The position numbers were made by a program, and so were the translations under genes. This document shows, piece after piece, positions 53,707 to 64,000 of a stretch of 64,000 nt of DNA. Source of the DNA: Eledone cirrhosa (Eukaryota); NCBI GenBank assembly GCA_964016885.1, contig OZ024742.1:88102001-88166000 (forward strand), read 5' to 3'. Under the pieces are notes generated by a model, which was not told where the DNA came from, made no database searches, and saw only the letters and a program-made list of their open reading frames with translations. Within the stretch, counting starts at the first letter, position 1. The number at the start of each line of letters is the position of its first letter.

Positions 53707-56676
53707 TTTCATTTATTAGCCACAAGGGCCGACATGTAGGGGACAATACAAAGACAGGGACAGTGGGGGTTTACAATAAGGTCGAGTAAAAGTGCACAAT
53801 GACAAGACTAATTTAACAATGAAAATATAAAATATAAAATAGACTATGCAAAATATAACAAGATAAATTCCCCGATAGGTGGTGGACGACCCTGGGGTGA
53901 TTCGGGTACCCCACCAATCCTGAACCACCCTGCGCTTCTAGGGCACCCAGGAGAGCACCCCTCTCCTCAAGTTCGCCAGCCTATAGGCGCATGGTCAGAG
54001 TAGGCCCATTCACACGAGCCATTCTTGCCACATTCACCCACCTTTTAGCAAATGTACTGGGGGGCAGCACTTCTCTCTCCACCCTCACCCTCCTTTCCAG
54101 GTGAAACTTGAAGAAGTTGATGAGAGAAAAGTGTCTGTCTTTAGTCCTTTCAACCTGGTCTACCATATAATCTCTTTCGCAACTGCCACCAGACAGAGGA
54201 AAATGTCCTGCTCTTCCTGAGCTAAGGAAGGTGGCGGCTCGATCTTCACTATGGACTCGGCCGATAACTGGATTCGTTCCACACGCGACAGTAGCTGTTC
54301 GACATAACTCCACAAGTCAGTAATGCACGGACATTGGACAAGTGCGTGCAGAACGGTTTCGTCGTTATGTGCGCATCTTGGGCAGGTCCGTCTGACAGCA
54401 CTTCCGTGCCTGTAGAGTTTATCCCGAACCGGCAGTGCCCCCCGGTAGCACTGCCAAGCGAGGGATTTCTGGAAATTGTCCATCGTCCCCAGCTCAAAAG
54501 TCCTCTGGTACAGACTGGTCAGTTCGACTTCGTCGAGGCCCAAAGCTTCTCCGAGTGTGTCATCGCACTTGCCCACCACTAATCCTCTATAAAACTCGAG
54601 AGTGGAAGTTCCACTGATCGCATTGCCCGCTTGGTAGAGGGCAGTGAGTGCCTGGCAACATTCCAGGTGCCAATCACCCAGTCTCGGTCTCTTCTTGACC
54701 CAGGACTGCAGCTCAGTCAAAGAAATGAGCTGCAGAAAGGCCCGTCTGATAAACGGCGACCACACCTGTTCACCATTGAGGCAGAATATCTGGAGATGTC
54801 GCAGCCTCAACGCATATCTGCGCATCATTAGCCACGGCATGCCCAGCCCTCCGTGTAGAGGGTGCTGGCAGCAGATGGACCGCCTCACCAACGGAACCTG
54901 TCCCCTCCACAAGAATTTGAAGAGGAGCCGTTCCAACTTGACGAGGCGCGGACGGGGGCAAGGCACGACGGTTAGGCGGTAATAGATGACGGACGCGATG
55001 TACGCATTCGCCACCTCCGCGCGACCTTTCAGTGATAGCTTCCTCCCAGCCCATTTTTGGGTGAGACTGGCTACTCTGCTCGTTACCTCGTCCCAATTCT
55101 TTTCCACCTGGAGGTCTGGTCCGAACCAAACCCCGAGCAACTTTACTGGTCCGTCCGTCCAGCGCCCCACGACGCTGTTGGACAGCATGGGCTTGCCTCT
55201 CCAGGTTCCGAGCTGCAAGCCCACCGACTTTTCCGGGTTAAGTTTGGTTCCTGTCAACCTTTCATATTCTTTCAATAAGGTGCCGACCACCTCGATTTCT
55301 GAGGTGTTCGACACCATCACGGTGATGTCGTCCGCATAAGCCGACACCGCCTTTCCACGTCCCGGTTCGAGCGGGATGCCCTGCAACAGCTCCAGCTTCC
55401 GCAGTAAAGGCTCGAGAGTCAATACGTACAGAAGGGAAGAGAGAGGGCACCCTTGACGGACCGATCGGGAGAGCCGAAATGGTTCCGAGAGGTGGCCATT
55501 AACTTTGACCACCGAGCGTGTGCCGCTGTGCATTGCAACGATCCAGCTTCTAAAGACAGGGCCGAAGCCAGCTGCTTTGAGGACAAACTCCAGATACCGA
55601 TGGTCGACCCTATCGAATGCTTTCGATTGATCTAAATTGATCAGTGCCCCACCGAAGCCAGGTTTACACCCTACCCTCTCTATGATGTATCGCATGAGGT
55701 GGAGATTGTTGTGTATGGACCTGGCTGGGATTGCGCAAGTTTGCGCCTCCCCAACCAAATCCTCGACGACAAGCGCCAATCTCTTTGCTAACACCTTGGC
55801 CAAAATCTTAAACTCTGTGTTGAGCAGAGTTATGGGCCTGAAGTTGTCTAATGTATCCCTCTTGTTCTCGTCTTTCCTTATCAGCGTCACCACTCCCCTG
55901 CTCACAGAACTGGGAATACTCCCATTCTGCTGCCAGTTACAGTAGAGTGCTTCAAGGAGTTTGGAGAACAAGTCTGGCATATTTACGTAAAGCTCGTAGG
56001 GCAGGCCATCCAAGCCTGGTGACTTGCGCCTCATGCAGCCGACAAGGGCGTCCTGAATTTCGGCTGAAGTAATCGGCCTTTCGCAGCGCTCAGCATCCAC
56101 CGTCGAGATGCGCGGCAAGCCGTCAAGGTAGGGACTGAAATCCGCTACTCTCTCTGACCCGCCACTCTCCCCAAACAACCGAGCAAAGTGCTGGCGAAAG
56201 GCCTCACACATCCGCTTGGAATCGCTTATCTCGTGTCCGTCTCGGTCCGCCAAAGACCGAATTGTGGTTTTATTACCACACTGCGCCTCCGCCACGCGGG
56301 CCCATCGAACAGCTTTAGTTCCCTCGTTTCTCAGCGCACGCGCCTTAGCTCTGACAATGCAACCTTCGTGTTTGGCATTGAAGAAATGGTCTAATGCCAT
56401 TCTCGCCGCTAGCACGTCAGTTGCGATGCCACTACAAATAGCCTCGTCTAACTTATCTACCAGCTCCCCCTCCTTTCTATTTTTCTCTAACGCTAGTTCT
56501 TTGCTGAACTCTATCGAAGTTACTCTAATCTCTCTTTTGAGAGCCCCCCACCATCTGTTGTTGATGATCCCCCCTGTCAACTTTTGCTTAACTAACTTAT
56601 TGACTCGGTCCCTGTAAGCCTTACGTGCCGGAAATGACATGTTCAGCTTCCAGTAACCCGGTCCTAACCTACGCGT
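53705..56676 (-). mobile_element. 5'-truncated Tx1/L1-clade LINE flanked by (AAT)n on both sides
   Basis: 826-aa open frame with RT motifs; AATAAA near the 3' end; (AAT)n at 53645-53704 and 56678-56706. Confidence 0.95.
54160..56640 (-). CDS. Tx1-type ORF2 fragment (RT and C-terminal Cys/His region)
   Basis: KSPGLDGLP, NFRPITLLNTEFKILAK, LDQSKAFDRVDH, VRQGCPLS, AYADD, CPRC...ETVLHALVQC; lacks the APE domain. Confidence 0.9.
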   Translation of the reverse strand: MSFPARKAYRDRVNKLVKQKLTGGIINNRWWGALKREIRVTSIEFSKELALEKNRKEGELVDKLDEAICSGIATDVLAARMALDHFFNAKHEGCIVRAKARALRNEGTKAVRWARVAEAQCGNKTTIRSLADRDGHEISDSKRMCEAFRQHFARLFGESGGSERVADFSPYLDGLPRISTVDAERCERPITSAEIQDALVGCMRRKSPGLDGLPYELYVNMPDLFSKLLEALYCNWQQNGSIPSSVSRGVVTLIRKDENKRDTLDNFRPITLLNTEFKILAKVLAKRLALVVEDLVGEAQTCAIPARSIHNNLHLMRYIIERVGCKPGFGGALINLDQSKAFDRVDHRYLEFVLKAAGFGPVFRSWIVAMHSGTRSVVKVNGHLSEPFRLSRSVRQGCPLSSLLYVLTLEPLLRKLELLQGIPLEPGRGKAVSAYADDITVMVSNTSEIEVVGTLLKEYERLTGTKLNPEKSVGLQLGTWRGKPMLSNSVVGRWTDGPVKLLGVWFGPDLQVEKNWDEVTSRVASLTQKWAGRKLSLKGRAEVANAYIASVIYYRLTVVPCPRPRLVKLERLLFKFLWRGQVPLVRRSICCQHPLHGGLGMPWLMMRRYALRLRHLQIFCLNGEQVWSPFIRRAFLQLISLTELQSWVKKRPRLGDWHLECCQALTALYQAGNAISGTSTLEFYRGLVVGKCDDTLGEALGLDEVELTSLYQRTFELGTMDNFQKSLAWQCYRGALPVRDKLYRHGSAVRRTCPRCAHNDETVLHALVQCPCITDLWSYVEQLLSRVERIQLSAESIVKIEPPPSLAQEEQDIFLCLVAVAKEIIW

Positions 56677-56707
<31 letters not shown>

Positions 56708-57861
56708 GAAGAAGAAGAAGAAAGTTGATGATTTGATGGGTGAAATGTGGGTGTGCAAGTTTAGAAACATCGACCCGTAATTGCCAGGTGAGTGTTTTAA
56801 TGACGTGTTTGTTTATTTTCAAATTCAAAAATTATTAGCTATATGGAGGGTGCACATGTCTGTGTGTGTGAGAGAAAGCATGTGTGTTCTTATATCTTAT
56901 ATTCCGAAGAATGACACAAAGTCTTAATTTATACTTTTACATTTCACTAAAATAAAATTTTATATAGTTTTATTATAACACTGGACAAGTGTTATGCTGT
57001 AATCCCAAGGAAGGCACACATCGTCATAATTGCAAAAAATGCATCCGCAAAACTTCATACCATTGCCGACAAATAATGTATAGAGTTCATTGTCGCTTAA
57101 ATGTAAAGTGATTCTGTTCATGTGGACTTGGCAATCTCTCCAGCATTAATTTGTCTCATTTCACGATGGTATTAAACTTTTTTTTTCAATTATTCTTACC
57201 TATAAATTATGCAGGTAATTACTCACATATTTTAGAATGCATTAAACAACTGAAGCTCAAGCTGCACATGAACTACATCAACTGCAATAAGTTTTTTTAA
57301 ATGCCATATCATTACATATTTTTCGACTAAATTTTAATTTCAAAATGTTAATATTCAATTAGAGTTATTGATCTTTTTATGCCATAATATAAATATCGTA
57401 ACAAAATGGATGAAAGTGTTTAGCTTAAAACTTTTCAATAAGAAAATAATATTTAGCGGCTTTGAATATATACTCGACTTTTATATTACATGACGTGTAT
57501 TAGGTTGACGCCATATCAAGTTGACGCAATCATTTCCTGTTTTACCCGTTAGCTAATATATCGGATCAATAATAAACTGCCAATTAATTATCACCGCAAA
57601 TTATGGTGCACTGCTAAATATAATCCTGCTCTCTTCATCCGCATAAAAATTCATTATAATATAGCCGGCTGACTATTGCCTTCCATATTTTTAATAAACC
57701 TTTGAATATCATTTAATATTCAACATCCGATTATTTATGTGTTCTTTCTTACAATAGATATACATAACTCTCCGGAATTGAGAGTGTTTTCTTCGCAATA
57801 ATTGCAATATCACAAAGTTTGAATGTGATACTAATGAAAGCCAGCGTAAATAATAATAATG

Positions 57862-57910
<49 letters not shown>

Positions 57911-58157
57911 TTTCTTTATTAACCACAAGGGTTTACATAAAGTAGACATTAAGGACAGTGCAGGACAATACAGGACGGTAGAAATGGGCATTTCTGCGTG
58001 TAAAAAACAAAAACAGAGGATGTAACAAAAAATAACAATGAAAAATTCCCCAATAGGGGGAGACTTCGGAGGGACATTTGTGGAGAAAGCCCAGTAAAAG
58101 GCCACATTGACCCTGACCACCAAGGCAAGTGCCCTCTCCCAGTTTTCCACCTTTAAT

Positions 58158-61100
58158 TTACAGATATATACTCAGAGTAGGCCCATTCACTCGGGCCATT
58201 CTTACTTCTCTCACCCATCTTTCAACAAAATGCTGGGAAGAGAGCACTTCCCTCTCTACTCTGATTTTCCTTTTCAAATGAAATTTGAAAAAGTCAATCA
58301 GAGCATCACCGAAGAGGTAAGTGCTCGTCTTCAGCCCTTTCAAACCTGTTCACCATAATATCTCTTTCGCCATGGCCACCAGACAGATAAAAATTGCCTG
58401 CCCTTCCCGATGGACTCAGCTGATAGCTGGATCCGTCCTACAGGTGACACCAGTTGTTCGACATAAACCCACAAGTCAGCAATGCTCGGATACTGGACGA
58501 GTGCGTTGAGGACAGTTTCGTCGCCCTGCGCACATCTCGGACATGCCCGGCTGACGGCACCTCCATGCCTGTGGAGTTTATCCCGAACTGGCAAAGCTCC
58601 TCGGTAGCACCGCCAGGCATTTCTGGAAGTTGTCTATAGGCCCCGGCCCGAAAGTCCTTCCGAAGAGATTGTCTAGTTGACTTTCGTCGACGCCTAGAGT
58701 TTCTCCAAGTACGTCGTCGCTCTTCCTCTTCACTAATCCTCTATAGAATGCCAAGGTGGAGTTTCCACTGATCACATTGCCCGCTTGGTCGAGGGCTGTG
58801 AGCGCCTGAAGACATTGCAGTCTTCAAGGAGACGAGCTGGGGAAAGACGTGTCTAGCAAACGGCGACCACACCTGATCACCGTCGAGGAAGAGGTGGAGA
58901 TGTCGTAGCCTGAGCGCGTGTCTGCGCATCATCAGCTACGGCATACCCAGCCCTCCACGTAGCGGGAGTTGACACCAGATGGACTGCCTGACCATCGGAG
59001 TGCGTCCTTTCCACAAAAAGCGAAAGAGCAAACGCTCCAGCGCAGTCAGGCGGGGCTTAGGACAGGGTACGGCGGTCAGGAGGTAGTAGTGGTCGGCCGC
59101 GATGTACGCGTTAGCCACCTCCGCTCGACCTTTCAGGGACAGCTTCATCACTGCCCATTTCTGGGTGAGAGAAGCCACCCTGTTCGTCACCTCGTCCCAG
59201 TTTTTGTACGTCTGGAAGGCCGAACCGAAACAGACCCCTAGCAATTTAACCGGTCCGTCTGTCCAGCGCCCGACGACGCTGTTGGACGGCATGGAACTAC
59301 CACTCCAGGTGCTGAGCTGTAGGTCCACTGACTTTTCCTGGTTGATCATTGCTCCTGTCACCGCTTCGTATTCTCTTAGTGTAGTGCCGATCGCCTCGAT
59401 GTGTTTGGCGTTCGACACCACTACGGTGAAATAGTCCGCATATGCTGACACGGAACTTCCGCATTCTAGTTCGCGCGGGACCCTCCTCAACGTCTCCAGT
59501 TTGTGCAGTAATGGCTCGAGAGTCAATACGTACAAAAGGAACGAGAGGGGACATCCTTGGCAGACCGAGCGCATGATGTTGAACGGTTCCGAAAGGTGAC
59601 CGTTCACTCTCACCACAGAGCAGATGTCGCATGGCAGCGATCCAGCCTCTGAAGACGGGCCCAAAGCCAGCCGCCCTCAGGACTGCCGCTAGGTAACGAT
59701 GGTCGACCCTATCAAAAGCTTTCGACTGATCTAAATTTATCAAGGATCCACCCGTGCCAGGTTCCCTAGCTACCCTCCTACGATGTATCGCATGAGGGGG
59801 AGGTTGTCGTGGATGGATCTGTCAGCAATGGCGCACGTCTGCGCCTCACCCACCAGACTACCAACGACAAGCGCCAACCTCTTTGCTAGCACCTTGACCA
59901 AAATCTTGAACTCTGTGTTTAGCAGTGTTATGGGCCTAAAATTATCTATGTTATCCCCCTTGTTCGGATCCTTTCTCAGCAGCGCCACAGCTCCTCGACT
60001 CACAGAGCTGGTAATTCTCCCGTTATGTTGCCAGTTGCAGTACACGTCCGCCAAGAGGCCTCCGAACAAGTCTGGCATATGTACGTAAACTTCATAGGGC
60101 AGACCATCCAAACCAGGCGATTTACCCCTTGTGCAGCCAGTCATTGCCTCCAGTACTTCAGCGGCTGTTATCGGTTTTTCGCAACACTCCGCCTCAATGG
60201 CCGAGAGCCGCGGCAGTCCGTCGAGGTAGACACTAAAGTCCATCCCTCGATCCGGCCCGCCGCTGCCCCCGAACAACTGAGCGAAGTGTTGCTGAAAAGC
60301 TTCACACATTTGCCCGGGATCGAGTAGCATGCGCCCGTCGTGGTCCACCAAATACCGGATCGTGGTTTGTTGCCACGACGCGCCTCCGCCACTCGGGCCC
60401 ATTGAACGGCTTTCGACCCCTCGTGTCTGAGCGCACGCACCCTAGCTCTGACAATGAGCCTTCGTGCTTTGCATTGAAGAATTGGTCAAGGGCCATTTTC
60501 GCCGCAAGTACGTCGCTCGCGATGCCTTTGCTAAGCGCCTCGTCTAATTTTCTAACTAATTCTCCCTCTGCTCTATTTTTCTCTATTGCTAAAGCCTTAC
60601 TAAACCTAATGGACTCTATTCTAATTGCTCTTTTCAGAGCAAACCACCACTTGTTGTTGACGATGGCCCCCGTCAACGCCTGCTTAACTAGTTCGCTAAT
60701 CCGGTCGCTATAGGCCTTGCGCGCTGGTAAGGACGCGTTTAGCATCCAGTAGCCGGGTCCTCGTCTATGAAGCCTATCTAAGTCAATCACACAGATCACG
60801 AATTTGTGGTCCGTGTAGCTGACTATCTTGAATTGTGTACAGCCTATGCTAAATATATCTATTTCCCTACAAAATACTCTATCTAGATATGATTGGATGA
60901 CCCGATACGATTTGTCCAAATCCACATTGGCACATTCAGGAATTTCAATCGGTACCTGTCAGACAGTTCAAAACGCCTCAGCAGGTTGGTGAGACTCTTG
61001 CACCTTCCTCCCCTATCCACTAATCCCACACAGTCCCAGCGTGCATCTACGATCCCGTTCCTGTCGCCTACTAACACTAAATTGCGGGACGTTCCTAGAA

Positions 61101-61515
61101 AGGTCTCCAGACGCCGGAAGAAATCAGGTCGCCCTGCACCTCTCGGGGCATAGACTGCCACGAACCTGAAAGCTTTCCCGTCTCCGCTGGTCACGTCCAG
61201 CACAACCAACTTACCTTCTGGGTCCAGGAAGGTGGCCCGTATGGCGAGATCCAAACCTCTCCGAAAAAGCACAACTCCTTCCCCCGATCCCGGACAGCTG
61301 GGAGATGCGTACACTTCGTAGCCGCCGAAGATCGGTGTGAAGGCCCTTGCTTCGGAGATTCTGGTCTCCCTGATGGCCACTACATCTATGTTTAGTGACC
61401 TGAGGTTGTTGAGCACGTGGCCCTGCTTCCACGACGTCCATAGGCTACGCGCTTTTATGCTGCCTATTATGAATGAGATCATGTTGAAATGGAGAGTAAA
61501 GATGGGAAAGACCAC
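58158..61515 (-). pseudogene. Tx1-type ORF2 (APE endonuclease + RT), frameshifted
   Basis: ORF pieces 60883-61515, 60302-60925, 59770-60402, 58936-59743 and 58340-58932 chain into one ORF2. Confidence 0.9.
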
Positions 61516-63351
61516 TTACCTTACTTCTCGTAGAGGAAGGACGGTTTCCCCATCCTTTTCACTGCTTGTGGCCTCCCCGGGAAGAATGTCCTTATAAATC
61601 CTCCTGGAGAGTGCTTGTCGGAAGTCTCCGATGTCTTTGGGGAATTTTTGTTTTAGTGTCATGTACGTTTTCTGTGTGATGCGAGTGATTTGTATGTGTG
61701 GAGCTGGTGTGAACTTTTGGGTTGTTGTGTAGTCTTTTTCTGTGATGCTGGTGTTGTGTTGGATGTAGTGTAATAATTGGTTGTTGTTCAAATTTAATGC
61801 TGTGTAGTGTGTATCGTTTTGGGTGATTTGTTTTGTTTGCGTTTGTTGTGGGTTTGTTTCTGTTTCGCTTTTTGGTGACATTTGTGGTGTAGGTGATGGT
61901 GGTGTTGGGGTTAATGATGGTGATTGTGTTGGTGTTTGGGGTGATGGGGTTGATGATGCTGGTGTGGATGGTGGCATATCTGTCCTAACTGTTTTGTTTG
62001 ATAGTTTATTTGTTTCCCTCTGTATTTGTTTTTGCAGGGGGAAGGAAGAGAATGTTTTTCTTTTTTAGTTTCTTTTTTTCTTTTTTCCTGATACCGTTTC
62101 CCACTCCTCGTCATCACAATCTGTCTCCAGTTGTGATAGGACGGGGAGTGGAAAATCCTCCACAGGCGTAAGTTTTGGTTGTTGCGTGGTGGATGTTGTA
62201 GGCGCTGGTGCTAGTTCTGGCGCGTTGGGTGGAGGTGGTGTTGGTTTTGCTACTGTTGCTGGGTTTGTTGCTATTACAGTTGCTTCTGATGTTGCTGCTA
62301 CAGTCGTTGCTGCCATCTCTGTTGCTGGTGGTGTTGATGGTTGAGTCACTGGTGTGGGTAGCAGAGGTGGCCTCAACCTTTTAGCCTGAGGGCAGAAAGC
62401 CCTTAGGTGGGTTCCTTCACCACAAACGACACACCTAGGCCTTCTGCCCTCGACAATTATGGTGAGGTGGCTGCCGTCAGTGAGGTAGGTCTCTTACCAC
62501 TGGGGTCTCCTCAATGCTTTTTTGGTCCGCTTGGATCAGGAGCTCCATCCCAGATCCAGACCAGTTCTCTTGCTTTTATTTCGCTATTTCGATTATCTTG
62601 GTGTTGGCTTCGATGCCGGCAAGGACGGCAGTTATTAGCCAGGGAATTTTGATGGCCGGTGGAACGTGGGTGACCCTGATCTTTACGAGTCTCTGGCCAC
62701 AATAGCTTGGGACGAGTGTGAAGTCGTCACTTCTTAATGGGGTCACGGAGTGTTCTCTAGCCTCCTGTGGTGTTTCAAAGAACACGTCAATGGTTCCAAA
62801 CTTCTGCCCACGTCTGATGTGGGTTTTTTTTGGCCACACATGTCCCAAAGCTTTTTGGATTTGTGACTCGAATGCCCGTTCCACTCGGCGCGATTTTATA
62901 TTATTTGTTCGATAAGAACGGTGCCGATGCTCCATCTTATTAGGTGTGTATGGGGGGAGGGGCTGACCCTGTACCCATCTTTCTTTACCATTTGTTTGGC
63001 TTCTTCTAATTCCTCCTGTGTTACCTGAAATGTTTCGCACTGTTTTGCTACTCTTGCAAAACTCAGGGTGGTTTTCTTAATGTCATTGTTGCTGTTATTG
63101 TTATCGTTATTTTTGTTATTATTAATTTTATTTTCAGTTGTGGTTGTGGGGGCGTCAGTGGTGTTCGGTGTGGAAGAGTTCATTTTGGTTGAATTTATTT
63201 CGATTTCACGAGTTAATTTATTTTTTTCTTTTGTTTCTTTTGTCGCGGTGGTAGGGGGAGTGGTGGTTGTCGCGGTGGTGGTGGAGGTGGTGGCGGCTTT
63301 AACACCTGCAGTCATTGGTAATGGCGGGAAATGAATGTCTGCCTGAGACAA
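61516..63351 (-). pseudogene. Tx1-type ORF1 (gag-like), frameshifted
   Basis: LSFARVAK, RRM-like FGTIDVFFET...KIRVTHVPP, zinc knuckle CVVCGEGTHLRAFC (~62393-62434), T/P-rich tail with WETVSGKKKK. Confidence 0.8.
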
Positions 63352-63636
63352 ATTTAAAATTTGCTACTGCTTATATTTTTAGTGTTGGCAAACGTAGTAA
63401 TATTTACAATGGTGATGTCGGTGTGAGGTGTTAGTTTGTGAGAAAGGAGTGACTCTGAGTCAACCATGATTTTTCAAAGAAAAATTTTTGTTTGATAATT
63501 ATAAAAGTTTAAATTTTAGACTCAAGGCCCCAATCTTTTTGGGTGTCCTTTTCATGAATGGCAATTTTAAATAACTGAAAATAACAAACCTTTGCGGAGC
63601 TCACGATAATACGATTTACTACGTAGGTTGCCAATC

Positions 63637-63682
<46 letters not shown>

Positions 63683-63717
63683 GATCATATTCCATTACAA
63701 AATTATAATAATAATAA

Positions 63718-64000
63718 AGATCATATTCCATTACAAAAGATGCACAAAGATACAGTAATGGACTACAAATTTCAGAAGTCCCATTTACTGTTGAAATGGA
63801 AAACACAGAAAAAGCAAAGCAGGTAAAAGTAACTGCAAAGAAAGAACTGCTACAGAAACTGGCTAAGAAATGGCAAGAAAAGCCTCTGTATGGAAAATAC
63901 CCAGATCGAGCTAACAATCCTGATGTTGACAAAACTTTAACCCATCAGTGGTTGGCATCCTCTGGACTGAAATCGGAGACTGAAGGACTGATTATATCGG
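63718..64000 (+). mobile_element. 5'-truncated Dong/R4-clade LINE fragment starting in (ATA)n; runs off the window
   Basis: Open frame KKWQEKPLYGKY...DVDKTLTHQWL..SGLKSETEGLII, typical of the post-RT region of Dong/R4 elements. Confidence 0.7.

Larger units (their letters stand above)
57908..63560 (-). mobile_element. Near full-length, disrupted Tx1/L1-clade LINE (ORF1 + APE-RT ORF2)
   Basis: ORF1 pieces with CX2CX4HX4C knuckle; APE (VAVYAP, LVGD, TDH), RT pieces paralogous to 54160-56640; (AAT)n at the 3' end; 5' boundary uncertain (63540-63636). Confidence 0.92.

Noticed and set aside
54216-63334. Plus-strand ORFs overlapping the Tx1 LINEs
   Set aside because: Antisense shadows of GC-rich ORF1/ORF2 with no independent motifs.

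Overview
This is AT-rich, microsatellite-dense animal DNA, most likely octopus/cephalopod; that assignment is inferred from the SINE family, the LINE set and the (TA)n/(CA)n density. No intact host gene is evident, and most ORF-track entries are microsatellite or antisense artefacts. The window is almost entirely repeats: about 15 copies of one tRNA-derived SINE, several Penelope-like (PLE) retroelements including a nearly complete one with pseudo-LTRs at ~47.2-51.5 kb, two Tx1/L1-clade LINEs next to (AAT)n tracts, RTE-clade LINE remnants (one with a PHD-type finger), the start of a Dong/R4-like fragment, a non-autonomous Helitron and several MITE-like elements. The main hidden signal is a set of minimal type I hammerhead ribozymes from at least four sequence families, each with its own palindromic stem III. 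One family is a non-coding ~424-nt unit present in tandem and inverted arrays (16.2-17.1 kb and 51.5-52.9 kb), a retrozyme/circRNA candidate. A second pattern is repeated fold-back inverted duplications centred on (TA)n runs. All structures were read by eye; coordinates of degenerate elements are approximate.
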